From Ginglymostoma cirratum (taxonomy: Eukaryota), in assembly GCA_024137785.1 (NCBI GenBank), contig JAHRHZ010000218.1:10005624-10069623 (forward strand): a stretch of 64,000 bases of DNA, given 5' to 3'. A model generated the notes under the pieces. The model saw only the letters and a list, made by a program, of their open reading frames with translations. It made no database searches and was not told the origin of the DNA. The position numbers and the translations under genes were made by a program. Numbering within the stretch: position 1 is the first letter of the stretch; every line of letters begins with the position of its first letter. Positions 26,277 through 39,050 of the stretch are shown piece by piece.

Positions 26277-29200
26277 GTTCATTTGTGTTTGCAGTGACAG
26301 TTTCAGATGACGATGAAGGCCCCAATGCAGAACTCCAGTATTCCTTGACAGGAAGAAATGTGGAAAGATTCCAGATTGATCCAAGTCGTGGTGCTATCAT
26401 GGCTGCACAGAAGCTAACTGGAGGCACTGACATAACTATTACTGTCAATGTTAAAGACAGAGGAATGTATCCAATGTCAGACTCCACCACTGTGACAGTG
26501 AGATTTGGAAATGAAGTTGATTTTCCTCAAATAAATGCAGGGCAACAGTCTTTTACTTTCCCGGAAGACCAAAAGATTGATACCTACATTACAACAGTGT
26601 CAGCTTCGTCAAAAAGAAGCCCTGTAAGAGGGTCATTATCTTACTATATTGCCAGTGGTAACCTCGGTGATGTCTTCCACATTGATCAACTTACAGGGAA
26701 ACTTGTTCTCAAAAAATCATTAGATTTTGAAGCTGTTCAGAAGTATGTCTTGTGGATTGAAGCCAGAGATATGGGGTACCCTCCCTATTCTTCCTATAAG
26801 CAATTGAATATCACTGTGCTAGATGTCAATGACAACGCACCAGTTTTTAAGCAGAATCCTTTCATGGCTAATGTAATGGAGAATACCTTCTCACACAAAA
26901 TAATCACTGTCGTAGCAGAAGATAAGGACAGTGGTCCTAGTGGCCAAATAGAGTATACTATACTGGATGGTAACAGAGGCAATAATTTCAATATCAACAG
27001 AGAAACTGGGGAGATCAGAAATACCAAACGTTTGGATAGAGAAAAGGAGGCCCAGTATACATTAACTGTACAAGCAACAGATAAAGGACCTTCCTCAAGT
27101 AGCTCTGTGTGTCGTGTCATCGTCAACGTCTTGGATGAAAATGATAATGCCCCAAGATTCTCTCAGATATTTAGTGCTCAGGTGTCTGAAAATGCTGCTA
27201 TTGGCTACACTGTGACACGTGTTACCACTTCAGATGAGGACACTGGAGTGAATGCTGTTAGTCAGTACTCCATACGAGATGTAAGTCTTCCCTTCTCTAT
27301 AAATGCAAAGACCGGAGATATCACAGTTAGCAGGCCTCTGAATCGGGAGGACGTGGAGCGCTACACAGTCAAAGTTTATGCCCATGATTCTGGGTGGACA
27401 GTGAATACAGACATTACTGTTTTTGTGACAGATGTAAATGATAATGCCCCACGATTTACTCAACCCTCGTACTATCTTGATTACCCAGAAGTCACTGAGA
27501 TTGGGTCCAGTGTTACTCAGGTAGTAGCTACAGATCCCGACAATGGCCTTAATGGTCAAGTGTTTTACTTCATAAAATCACAGTCAGAATTCTTCCGAAT
27601 AAATTCCAGTACAGGAGAGGTCTATACCAAACAATACATAAAATATCACAATTCCTCAGGTTCTAACAATCTGAATATAAACAGGCATAGTTTTATTATA
27701 ACAGCCTCAGACAGAGGTAGAATTCCCTTGATGAGTGAAACTACAGTCATTATCAACATTGTGGACAGTAATGACAATGCACCACAGTTTGAATCTGAAA
27801 ACTACTTTACTCCTGTTACTAAGAATGTCAAGGTTGGTACAAGGTTAATCAAAGTCACTGCAGTGGATGATAAGGATTACAACTTAAATTCGGAAATAGA
27901 GTACCACATTACTGGTGGAAACAGTTCAAACCTATTCACACTGAACAAGAATAATGGTTGGGTTTCCGTTGCTTCCACTCTGAGAGCCAATGTGAATAAA
28001 GTGTTTTTAATCATAATCACAGCAATGGATAAAGGCAATCCCCCACTGTCTGCAACATCCACTGTTCGTATTTTGGTAACTGAAGAGAATTTGCACGCGC
28101 CTCAATTCTCTCAGAGCCACATTAGCATCATAGTTCCTGAAAGCCTTGCCATTGGAACAGTAATCAGAACTGTTTCAGCCAGAGATAAAGATGCTGATAT
28201 GAATGGGTTAATCAGATATAACATTTCTAAAGGAAATGATGCTAAATTGTTCTCTATCATTAATACAACGGGTGCAATATCTCTAGCTGGCCACTTGGAC
28301 TATGAGACTCAACAAATGCATGAACTGACCATAAGTGCTGAAGATGGTGGTTGGGTGAAAAGAGCTGGCTACCTAAGTGTGACCATTCACATCACTGATT
28401 CCAATGATAATTCACCACTGTTCAGCCCAGATGAGTATTTTCCAACTATATCAGAAAATGCCCCGAGTGGTACCACTGTTGTTCAGTTAAATGCTACCGA
28501 TGCAGATTCTGGAGCTAACGCTGTGATAGCTTATGCAATTGAGAGGAGTGACAGTGACCTTTTTGTCATTGATCCAAACACTGGAGTCATCACAACTCAA
28601 GGATTTTTAGACTTTGAAGTAAAACAGAGTTATCAGATGTATGTGAAAGCGTTTAATGTCCCAGATGAAGACCACTTTAGCTTTGCCAATGTTTATGTGC
28701 AGCTCAGTGGTGTAAATGAGTACGTTCCACGTTTTGTGTCCAGACAGTATAGCTTTGAGGTTTCAGAGGCTGCTTCAAAAGGTACAACTGTCGGGGAAGT
28801 ATTTGCCAGTGATCGAGACCTTGGGAATGATGGAGTTGTCACCTACCTCCTTGTTGGTAAAAGCGGAAGCAAAGGATTAAGAATTGATAAAAACACCGGA
28901 CAAATTTATGTATCCGGGCAACTTGATCGGGAAAAGGAAGAGAAAATTTCTTTGAGGGTTCTGGCTAAGAATGCTGGAAGTATCCGTGGATTTGATGTTG
29001 ACGAAGTCTTTGTAAATATTACTATACTGGATGCCAATGATCCTCCTGTTTTTACATCTGAGGAGTACAATGTGCAGATTAATGAGGGAGCAGCACCTGG
29101 GGCTCATGTCATTTTCGTAAGTGCCTTTGATTCTGACTCAGTTCCCAGTTGGAGCAGATTCACTTACCACATTGGAGCTGGAAATGAAAAGGGTGCCTTT

Positions 29201-30635
29201 TCTATTGACTCTCAGACTGGGCAGGTTTCAGTGGCAGCAGAACTGGATCGTGAGTCCATACCCATATATAACCTCTCTATATTAGCTGTTGATTCAGGAG
29301 TGCCTTCAGCCACAGGTAGCACCTATTTACTTGTCAACCTGGAGGATATTAACGACAATGGACCTACTTTAGTATCTACAACTGGAGAAGTTGTGGAGAA
29401 CCAACGTGCAGGGGCTATTGTGATGACACTTAATGCCACTGATCCAGACCTTCCACCAAACCAAGGTCCTTTCACCTACTATTTGCTCAGCACAGGCCCT
29501 GCTACCAGCTACTTCAGTTTAAGCTCTGGGGGTATCCTCACAACAACCAGAGAAATTGACAGGGAGCAGATCAGCGATTTCCACTTGTCAGTGGTCACTC
29601 GGGATTCTGGCACTCCGCAGATGTCTTCCACAAGTACTGTACATGTCATAATAAATGATCAGAATGACAACCCATCTGAGCCCAGAACAGTGGAGATATT
29701 TGTTCACTATTTTGGAAACCTGTTTCCTGGTGGAGCCTTGGCCAGTGTGAAGCCCCAAGATCCAGATATATTGGACACTTTCCAGTGCACTTTGACTATG
29801 GGGTCTACCACTCTTTTTAACATCCCAGCAGGTACTTGCAATCTAAATTCCCAGCCAAGGTCAACAGATGGAACTTTTGATCTAATTGTCCGTAGTAGTG
29901 ATGGATTGCACAGTGCGGTCAACAACAATGTCCATGTATTCTTCACAGGATTCAATAATGCGACTATAGACAATAGTGTCCTTCTTTCCCTAAATATTGC
30001 AACAGTGAAAGATTTTCTCACCAACCATTACCTACACTTCCTACGGATTGTTAACTCTCAACTGTCACAAATGGGAACTGCAGTACAGATCTACGGGTTT
30101 TATGAACAGGATGAAAAAACATATATAATGGCAGCTGTGAAACGATTTAGCAATCAGTATGTAAGTACCAGTGGGGTAGCCACTTTTTTTGAAAGCATTA
30201 AGGAAACATTATTCAGACAGAGTGGAGTACGAATTGATTCCGTGGACCATGACCCTTGCACTAACGAGCCATGTCAGAATGGTGGAAGCTGTGTGAAGAG
30301 ACTTGCTGTAAGCCCATCATTACAAAGTGAGGAAAGCGTCCCAGTGATCATTGTGGCCAACGCAGCTCTCAAACCATTCATCTGTCGATGTCTACCAGGA
30401 TACTCTGGACATGCCTGTGAAACTGACATAGATGAGTGTCTTCCATCCCCTTGCCACAATGGTGGAACCTGCCATAATTTATTAAGTAGATTTTCATGTA
30501 CCTGCCTGGAAGGGTTTATGGGCACTGCTTGTGAAAGGGACATTAATGAATGTCAGTCGAATCCCTGCAAAAATGGTGGAACTTGCCAGAATTTCCCAGG
30601 AGGTTTTAGCTGTGCGTGTAAAGCTGGATATACAG
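26277..30635 (+). CDS. FAT4: FAT4 giant coding exon (4359 nt): about 11 C-terminal cadherin repeats, linker and three EGF-like repeats
   Basis: Lies within ORF 26249-30805. Acceptor atacacag|gt at 26276/7, donor acag|gtattg at 30635/6. Repeated DxNDNxPxF, LDRE/LDFE and AxDxD motifs, followed by EGF repeats (DIDECLPSPCHNGGTCHNL, DINECQSNPCKNGGTCQNF). Segments such as NLNINRHSFI and VHYFGNLFPGG are recognisable as vertebrate FAT4. Confidence 0.96.
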
Positions 30636-31147
30636 GTATTGAATGCAGGAATCCTCTTTTAATATTTCACTCAAGGATTGTTTATATTAAATGCATTAAT
30701 TACTTCAAATCAGAAATAGCCATTAAGATTTTTCAATATTTGTTTAAAATAACAATAACACTGAGAAATATGTTCTGGGCAGTTGACAGGACCGTTGTGC
30801 TGTAGTAAGAGACCTTCAGATACAAACCTACACAGTCAAATGGTTAATTCCTCATTAAACCAGTAAGGGAACATACCAAACCTAAGCAAGGTATCTACCG
30901 CAAGGAAAAGTAGAAAAGGCATCATCCTGGCCACCCTTACACAAATCCATAAGATGGTCGTGAGAGTCTCTGGTACATTAAAAGCTGTCCAAATAGAAAG
31001 TTACCTGAATTATCTCAATGGAGTAATTGTGGTTACAATTGAATGATAAGTTGCTGACTATTGCCCACATAATAGCTTTCAACTTATATTGAGTTCTGTT
31101 CTGTCAACAAGAATCCAAGTAAACAACAAAGATAGCAGAAATAATAC

Positions 31148-31320
31148 AAACATAAAATATTGCAGAAGCTGAAAATTTGAACCGAGAACAATAAAAGCTG
31201 GAGAACCTCAACAGGAGAGGCAGGATCTGTGGAGAAGTCATCGACCTGAAAAATTAGCTCTGCTTCTTTCCACAGATGCTGCCTGACCTGATAAGTTTTT
31301 CCAGCTTTATTTTTTCCTTT
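31148..31320 (-). mobile_element. Older, internally deleted family B-like fold-back element
   Basis: aaagctggagaacctcaacaggagaggcaggatctgtggagaag and cttctttccacagatgctgcctgacctgataagtttttccagcttt form imperfect inverted arms similar to 24587-24787. Confidence 0.65.
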
Positions 31321-31504
31321 ATTAGGAAAAAACAGCTGTCATCTCAGGTTGCTGTTACATTCCTGCTACTCCTGGTTATAAAACAGCATTAACAAAAACC
31401 TGTGTGTCAAATTGTACAGCACTAGGGATTGTACAATGATAATAGCAATGCCTAAAGTGAGCTGCTTCTTTTGCAGCGAGCTTGGTATAGTCTTTTGAAT
31501 TCAA

Positions 31505-31680
31505 AAGGATCAATGACCTGGAACTCCCTTCCTAACAGCACTATGGCTGTCCCTACCTCTGCCTTTCTGGACTACACCAGTTCAAGAAGATGGTTCACCA
31601 CCATCTTATCAAGGGCAATTAGAGATGGAAATAAATACTGCCCAAGCCAGAGTTGCCCTTATCTCATAAAAGAATAAAAC
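31505..31680 (+). mobile_element. LINE 3' end fragment
   Basis: WNSLPNST-coding segment followed by caccaccatcttatcaagggcaattagagatggaaataaatactg, same family as 12400-12562. Confidence 0.65.
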
Positions 31681-32979
31681 TAAATTATGATTGATGCAAT
31701 AAAAAAATCACTTTTAGATGTTAAATATTCATGTATGTCTGCACATATGGTGTTCCAACATTTAACCTGAAACTTAGTGACCATCAAATGTAGATAGACA
31801 CAATGTGCCTTTCATCCTCACTCCAGCAAACCTACTGCACATTTTGATGGATTATATTTTGCCAGCTGTTTTGTGACTCATTTCAGTGAACTTATTCTAC
31901 GTTTTTGGGCTGACGATAACCGAAAGATTACCTCAGCCCAATGTAATTTTAAAGTTTGAACCTTTCTGCTGAAGAGTTGAGTTAGTTAATGATGATTTAG
32001 GACACTGTCTTCTGTTTTAAAAAGATACATTTTCTTCAAAGTAACTAGGCTTCAGATACAGGAGTTGGGTGTTCATTTTTTCTGCCCAGCCTTTTCTTGA
32101 ACTATTCATTTCCTGTTTCATATGTCTTATCATAGGAACACACTTGCTGTAAATTGTTTGTCTTTAAATTAAGAAATCATACTTATATATTTGAGTAAAT
32201 AATTCAGTAAAATGCAATTAGAACAAAAATTACAGTGAAGTTAACAATACTCACCAAATCAAACAGCAAATTTAGTGGGGCAAATGGACAATTAAATATG
32301 TGAATGAAAGTTGCTGTCCGAGATGCTGCTGTTTGCGATTAGCCTTGCAAACAGCCAATACATCACTGTCTGAATCACCATTGAAATTCATTGAATATCA
32401 GGAAGTTTCAGTGCCTGCACCCACTAAACTTGTTTCCTGAAGTTAGACCTTGTTTGTCTCAGCCAAGTAACCTTTTAAATGGTATGATGTGTCATAATTA
32501 TTGACAAACAACCATTCTGGCTCTAAAATGATCTATTACAAATGTAGAGTCTAATTCCTTCAGCTTTTAATTATTTTTGTACATTTTTACTTTGTAGCTC
32601 TGTTTTCTTGCTGTTTCAAATCTAATCTTTCTTACCCTCTCTCTCTCTACTGTCTGTACAAGATTTGACATTGAGTCCAAATTACATTTCCCACACTACT
32701 CTATTCATTTAATAATACTTCAGTCTAATTGATTAAGGAAATGCATTGTTGTTTCCTCATCCAACTTGCCTGTGTAAGTCCCGGAAGCCTATATAGAGTA
32801 CTTAGTATATTCTCCTTTCACTTACAGAAACTTGCAATACATAAATAGAAATTAAACATACCAGGAAAAGTCTCCATTGTTTGTTTGCTAACTTGTTTAT
32901 TTTCCCTTTTGTTGTCTTGGCAGTGGTGTAATTTTAAATTACCTTTTGATCACCTTGCCCTTTTGCTTTGGTTTTTATC

Positions 32980-33300
32980 ATTTGTTCACGGAATATGGAT
33001 ACAGTATTGCTAGCTAGGCCAACATTTATTGCTCAACCCTACTTGCTCCAAAATAGGTGGTAATGAGCTGCCACCTCGATCTTCTGCAGTATTTCAGGTA
33101 TAGAGACACCAACAGGATTGTTGGAGAGAAAGTTCCAGGATTTTGACCCAGTGACAGTGAAGGAACAGTGATTTAGTTCCAAGTCAGGATGGTGTGTGGT
33201 CTGGAGGGGAATTTGCAGGTATTCCATGCATCTGCTGCCCTTGTCCTTCTAGATGGTAGATGTTGTGGGCTTGGAAGTGAACCCTTGATGAGTTGACACT
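32980..33300 (-). mobile_element. LINE 3' end fragment
   Basis: ORF 33039-33227 (SFTVTGSKSWNFLSNNPVGV...AAHYHL) is the same C-terminus as 31505-31680 on the opposite strand. Confidence 0.7.
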
Positions 33301-34651
33301 AAATTTCCTTTTTGCTTTGACTATTCATTTTTGAACATTCATAAATTGAGCCTCAATACAGAGTGCAATATTTATGCTCTCATAGCGAATTTGGAGACAG
33401 TGAGGGCATTTAATCATGATGGTGATTCTACCACCTTTCTGTGTCTGCCCTGATACAGTCCATGGACAGCTTTCCCACACCATTCCTGTGTTAATACAGA
33501 TTGTTAGTAAACAGTTAATGTAAAATTAAAAGCTTCAACCCACTTTAACTGCTGGTCACCATGGTTTGCAAGTTGATTGTTGTCTCCCGTGTTCAAACCA
33601 CTCAATGCGTCAATAAGGGACACAGCATTGGGAAAGTGGCCAGGGTGCCGTTTCTTTCTCGCAGCAATCACCATTTTGTTGGTGATGATGCAGAGCAGCA
33701 GAAAGAGTGGCAGCTCTCAGCAGGTGAAACTTTTGACATTGAAGTGCTTGATCCCAGTGAAAGAACACACCATGGATCTTTCCGTGGCTCAAAAGTCAAT
33801 GGATGAGAACCCATTCCACCACAAAAAGACCCCAGGATCTTTGTTGCCTATTGAAATATGTGCACTTCCTTTAATTTTGGTAATTTTAAACTTTTTTTAT
33901 GCTTGACACTTTATTTATGGGTTAAAATTATATACATCATCAACCACGTGTAACTATGATGTTATTTTTGCACCACTTGTTGTCGTAAAACTCATTCTTA
34001 TCCAAATTTTGTTTCATATAATTTCCATCATAACCCATCTGTCATGATTAAATGATTAATTTAGCAAAAGTAAAAACAAAAATTTATTTGAGATTCAGGT
34101 AAAATGTGGACAGAGGAAAGGGAGGTTTTGACATTCTAGTTGCCTTTCCATACCATTTTATTATCTCACCTCAGAATAAGTCCTTGAAAGTTAACCTTAA
34201 GGGTTGGTGACTCTGATCCTTAATTATCACCAAGACCCCTCAGTTGGATGTTTAAGATGGTTCGTAGTACTCTTCACAGTGCCATGTAGGTTTGAGCTGC
34301 AACTGGAAGATTCAAAATCTAGCCTTAGATTACCCTCTACTGGCTTCTCCTGGCATTGTTTGTGGCTTCTCCGTTCCCACCCCCACATCCAATGTGGCCA
34401 GATTTCCCATCAGGTTTTCTTAGCCAAGTCTTCAGCAATTTGCAACTTCAACTTTCCTTCTTCGTAACTCAATCCCAGCAGCTCTGTCACTGCAATCTCT
34501 CATCTGAACTAATAAAAACTGATTTTATAAGTGTTTGAAAAGTCCTGCTGGTTTTTAGCTGGAAGCTTAGCATTGGATATTGCAAAGAAGAGGGTGTCTT
34601 TTGAAGGGTGGCACAGTGACCCAGTGGTTAGCATCGTTGCCTCACAGCACC

Positions 34652-34863
34652 GAGATGTGGAGGTGCCAGCGTTGGACTGCGATAGACAAAGTCAGAAGTC
34701 ACACGACATCAGGTTATAGCCCAACAGGTTTATTAGAAATCACAAGCTTTCTGAGCACTGCTCCTTCATCAGGTGAAGTGCTACACGTGACGAAGGGGCA
34801 GCACTTCAAAAGCTTCTTATTTCTAATAAACCTGTTGGACTTTAACTTGGTGTCATGTGACTT
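34652..34863 (-). mobile_element. Penelope-type family C fold-back element with hammerhead motifs and an 11-bp TSD
   Basis: TSD ctcacagcacc at 34641-34651 and 34864-34874. Inverted arms agaagtcacacgacatcaggttatagcccaacaggtttattagaaat and atttctaataaacctgttggactttaacttggtgtcatgtgacttct. Confidence 0.85.
34741..34775 (-). ncRNA. Putative minimal hammerhead ribozyme (family C)
   Basis: Minus strand reads cac CTGATGA a GGAGC-agt-GCTCa GAAAGCTT gtg. Stem I is CAC/GUG, stem III is the AGCU palindrome, and there is one mismatch at the base of stem II. Confidence 0.62.
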
Positions 34864-35220
34864 CTCACAGCACCAAGGACCTGGGTTTGATTCCAGCCTC
34901 AGGCGACTGTCTGGAGTTTGAGCATTCGCCCTGTGTCTGCGTGGGTTTCCACAGGGTGCTCCGGTTTCTTCCCACAGTTGAATGATGTGCAGGCTAGTTG
35001 GGTTGGCCATGCTAAATTGCCCATAATGTCCAGGGATTAGCCATGGGAAATGAGATTTATAGAGGTACAGTCAGCAGCTAGGTCTGGTTGGGATACTGTT
35101 CAGAGGGTCGGTGCAGACTCGATAGGCTAAATGACCCCTTCTAGCAGTAGAGGGATTCTATGAGTCTAAGTGATGGGGGCAGACATGAAGTAGATGGAAC
35201 ATTTATTGAATTTTTGAATT

Positions 35221-35350
35221 TTCTGAAGAAGGGTCTAGGCCCGAAACGTCAGCCTTCCTGTTCCTCTGATGCTGCTTGGCCTGCTGTGTTCATCCAGCTC
35301 TACACCTTGGTATCTCAGACTCTCCAGCATCTGCAGTTCCTACAATCCCC
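35221..35350 (+). mobile_element. Penelope-type family A copy beginning at its hammerhead motif (CTGAAGA variant)
   Basis: tt CTGAAGA a GGGTCTAGGCCC GAAACGTC agcc...gatgctgcttggcctgctgtgttcatccagctc...ccagcatctgcag. Confidence 0.82.
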
Positions 35351-36351
35351 AAATGTCATTATATTGTTCTTTGACTCAAGTAAGTCTCAGTTCTTTGGGA
35401 ATTTATCTTGATGTTCTGTTAAATTTTAGGTAGTCTAGCCTTCACTCTTTGTACCCCGTCAATCTCCCCATGCTCCACCCATGCCAACACATGTTCCTCA
35501 TCTACACTCCCACTGCATGCCAAATTATAAAGTGAGTTTCTGAGCAGCGTAAAAAGATATTTCATGAATGAATCCAAGTGAATGTTACCACTTCATCAAA
35601 CTGATTCAATGCTGAATAGTGAGGATCAACCCCCTTACGGAATTGTCTATGCATGACGAACTGTGGTACTGATCAAAAGCATTCCTAACACTTTAATAAG
35701 TGCTGTCTTTTTCTGGTGGGGCATACAACAGAAACCTGTATCATAATGGGACCACAGAATTAGAGTCTGCTTTGCCACTGGTGTTGTTGAGAGAATCTAA
35801 TGTCCCAAAAGTGGCAGCAAGTCAACATTGCATCTAGAATGATGTCATGATTGGCAAATTCTACATGCTTTTGGTGCAGGCGATATCGTAATCTAACACT
35901 GATTTAGCGCCTGATCTAACTTTTATAAACCTTATAAGTTCTCTCTTGAGCTCTGCTCGATATTTGAGAGACCCAGCATTTCCCCTATGCCCCTCCCCAA
36001 TACCCACCCACTACTGCTATCAAGGGCTTGAGCATGGGACTTTTAGTGGCCTAATTTTGAATTTCTAATTCTGCTATGGAGTTTGTGAAATGTTGTGTTG
36101 TTGGAGGAGGTCTAAAAATGTGTTAGTGTCCAAAGTGAGTGATTGAGAACTTGTAAAAGTAGTTCATTGGAGTTAAAAACTTGTCAGCAAGTCCCTCATG
36201 GGTACTATCCCCCACGATGTGTTTTGCAGGGTGATGGAAGATGAAGCACAGGCCGCAAAGAAAGAAAGTTTTGAGCCAAGGAAGGAGAATGAGGGCTCTT
36301 AGTAAATGGTACATTCACCTGGGGTCTTCATGAAGTTTTCTTCTAACTGCA

Positions 36352-36430
36352 GGAGGCATGGTGGCACAGTGGTTGACACCAGTGCCTCACAGCACCAGGG
36401 ACCTGGGTTTGATTCCAGTCGGGCAACTGT
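36352..36430 (+). mobile_element. Truncated tRNA-like head of an HE1/V-SINE-like element
   Basis: ggtggcacagtggttgacaccagtgcctcacagcaccagggacctgggtttgattccagtcgggcaactgt. Confidence 0.75.
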
Positions 36431-37656
36431 AGTCCTAAATTTCCATACCTTAGGATCCATCCTGGCTGAACTCGACAACACTGCCAACATCTCACAGCTT
36501 GTCATGAGTCACGACAGGAAGAGAGGCCCTATGTGTCAGGAAAGGGTACTCTGTACTTTTATGTCTTTCTAGACAAAAACAGGGGGAATTCAAGTAACTG
36601 ACAGAGGCTGTGTGGGGCTTGTTGAGTCAGGGTGTTCCTACCTCCTCAGTTAGATATTCAGACTCCCGTACCAGTGGCTGGCTACGTGACAGTTCTGAAG
36701 TATCTGAAAGATAAATGCACGAGGATAGGTTTGATGAAGGACGAGAAGGAAATCAAAGGTGCATGTTTAACCATTACATCAGGTTGTGGAATTATGGTGA
36801 AGTGCGATTTGAGGTTTATTTTTCAGAAATATGCCAACAGGTTTACATGCTGTCTGATTTACCTTCTACCAGTCACAGGGTAGTCATAAATCATCCTCAG
36901 TACACCAGCTAATAAGTCTGTTTGAATTTATAAACCACAGACAACTAATTGGAAATCAGATTCAAGAAAAAAAAAATTGCAGATGTTTACTCTATCCATT
37001 TTTCTTTTGAGCAACATTCTTGCTCTCAGATCTTCAATGTTCTGGTCCACTCACTGTGCCCCACTTTCCTGTTCAGAATGAGGAACATTGAAAACCATTG
37101 TGTTTTAGATTCATTGTCCACCCAGCAGGAATTTTTCAATCAGCATCTCAAACCTGTATCGTAACACCATGCTTTTCGGTTTCATATCCCTTAACATCCT
37201 TAGATTTATAAGCAGTGTGATGGCACATCAACTAATGTATACAGATTTTCACTAATTTTTGGACTTATTTTGGATGAGAACCAATAACATTGAACTCATA
37301 TATATGGAACAACTGTATTTAATTGACTACAATAGGACACTTAAAATGGAATGAACAGTTTAGACATGATGTTTCCATTAGATAGGCTTGGGATGAAAGA
37401 TGGGCAGCATGGCCGATCACCATCTGGTGAGAAACTACATATTTGAATACAAACGTAGGAGTTCACAGTGCAGCTGCAAGCTGTTGAATTCACATACCAA
37501 CAAACATCCAAGGAAATAAATGAGGGGAAGATTTTTAAAAAACACAATTTTTAAATCTTAACATTCTAAGAATGGCATGCAGACTTTGAAGTGGTGAACC
37601 CTTCAGTAGGATAATCTATGTACATTTCATTTGTGTTTTTTCTTTGTTTGTTGAAG

Positions 37657-37761
37657 GTAAAACATGTGATTCTACTGTTAACTACTGTGAATGCAACCCA
37701 TGTTTTAATGGAGGAACCTGCCAGAATCAAGCTGCTGGTTATTACTGCCACTGTCCATTTG
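37657..37761 (+). CDS. FAT4: FAT4 coding exon (105 nt, EGF-like repeat), phase 1 to phase 1
   Basis: T-rich tract plus ttgaag acceptor, donor tttg|gtaagc. Translates (G)KTCDSTVNYCECNPCFNGGTCQNQAAGYYCHCPF. Confidence 0.93.
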
Positions 37762-38829
37762 GTAAGCAATATCAGTATGGTTATGTATGCATGTATATAC
37801 TATTCAAAGGTGCAGTCTTTTTGCAAAGGATTCTTGAGGCTTTGTATTTAATTGAAACAGGCCCATAATGACAGGTTGATCTGAATGGACGGAATGGTCA
37901 TTTATCATTTTTGTTTTCCCTTGTGTAATCATAATGTGCTGTTCTCCAATATACATTATCATCCTGTATCATAGAATGATTGTTGCTTCATTTAAACCAG
38001 CAATTCAGGCTAATTCATGTATAATTGTGCATAAGCAGTTGAAATGCTATTGCTTTTCATTGTAAACCATATTACTTACACTCACTCTGTTATTACAGTT
38101 TATTGCAAAGCTTGAGCTTGTTTCATGAAACATTAGTCATGTATACGACATAAACTTATTCCAAGTTTAATTTACAACATATAATTCAGTGTGCAAAACA
38201 AGCAAAATTTGTACATCATTTGAACAACTGCCAGGTTAGTTTAATAGATCATATAACTAAAAAAAAAATTGTTGGCTGTAAAGCACTTAGCAATTCCCTG
38301 AGGTGGTGAAAGATGCTATGTAAATGAAGTTGTGTTTTCTTTTCTTTTCCTCTTTTCATTTTTGATTCCTGTACGTGAAGGTTCTTCTGTAATTAAAAGC
38401 ACATACAAAAAAGTGACTTTCGGACTCATCCATCACAGATAAGGTTCATTATTTCCATCAGATTAAATTTGCAGCTAGTCTGAAGTCATATCTGGACTGT
38501 TACCAGAGAATTGTAGATGACATATAATGGAAATCATTTTAAGGTTTTTTTCCTACAGTTATCAGAGAAAGACTGTCTCCCTCCTTAAGTTTATTCTGAT
38601 ACTCCCCTAACTCTTGTTCATGGTTTTCTCCGAATTCCCAGTCATATAGTACCCTTCTCCCTTCCTTTAACCTGTCCTTGTTTTGTCTTCACTGCTTCTT
38701 TCTTTCTACAGTTTACACCAGCCCTGTCTATCCAGCACCAGAAGTTACTCTGACATTTCCACTACTCTACCAGAATACATTCATTTTCTTTTCCAAAAGT
38801 CTTGTGCTCAGACCGATATAGCTGTCATG

Positions 38830-39050
38830 GAGGAGCCAGTTAGCTTGCTTGGCTGAATGGCTTGTTTGCAATGTAGAGTGGCACCAACAGCACAGGTTCC
38901 ATTCCTACACTGGCTGAGGTCCTCATGAAGGTCCTATCTTCTTGACTTCATCCTTCACTTAAAGAATGGTAACTGTCAGGTTACACCACCATCAATCATC
39001 TCTCTCTCTCTAGTGAGAGAGCAACCTTCTGGGACTTTTGCAACTGCCAC
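38830..39050 (+). mobile_element. Degraded tRNA-derived SINE of a different family
   Basis: A-box-like agttagcttgcttggctg, B-box-like ggttccattcc, and a ctctctctctagtgagagag hairpin near the tail. Confidence 0.5.

Larger units (their letters stand above)
34606..35168 (+). mobile_element. tRNA-derived SINE (HE1/V-SINE-like), split by a fold-back insertion
   Basis: Head gggtggcacagtgacccagtggttagcatcgttgcctcacagcacc resumes at 34864. Core and agagggattctatgagtcta tail follow. Confidence 0.85.

Noticed and set aside
26794-30543. Antisense ORFs overlapping the giant exon
   Set aside because: Short shadow frames of the coding strand with no recognisable domains.
26249-30805. 1518-aa ORF as a standalone single-exon gene
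   Set aside because: It has no signal peptide, the first 9 and last roughly 55 residues are intronic, and splice sites in phase with neighbouring FAT4 exons delimit the real exon.
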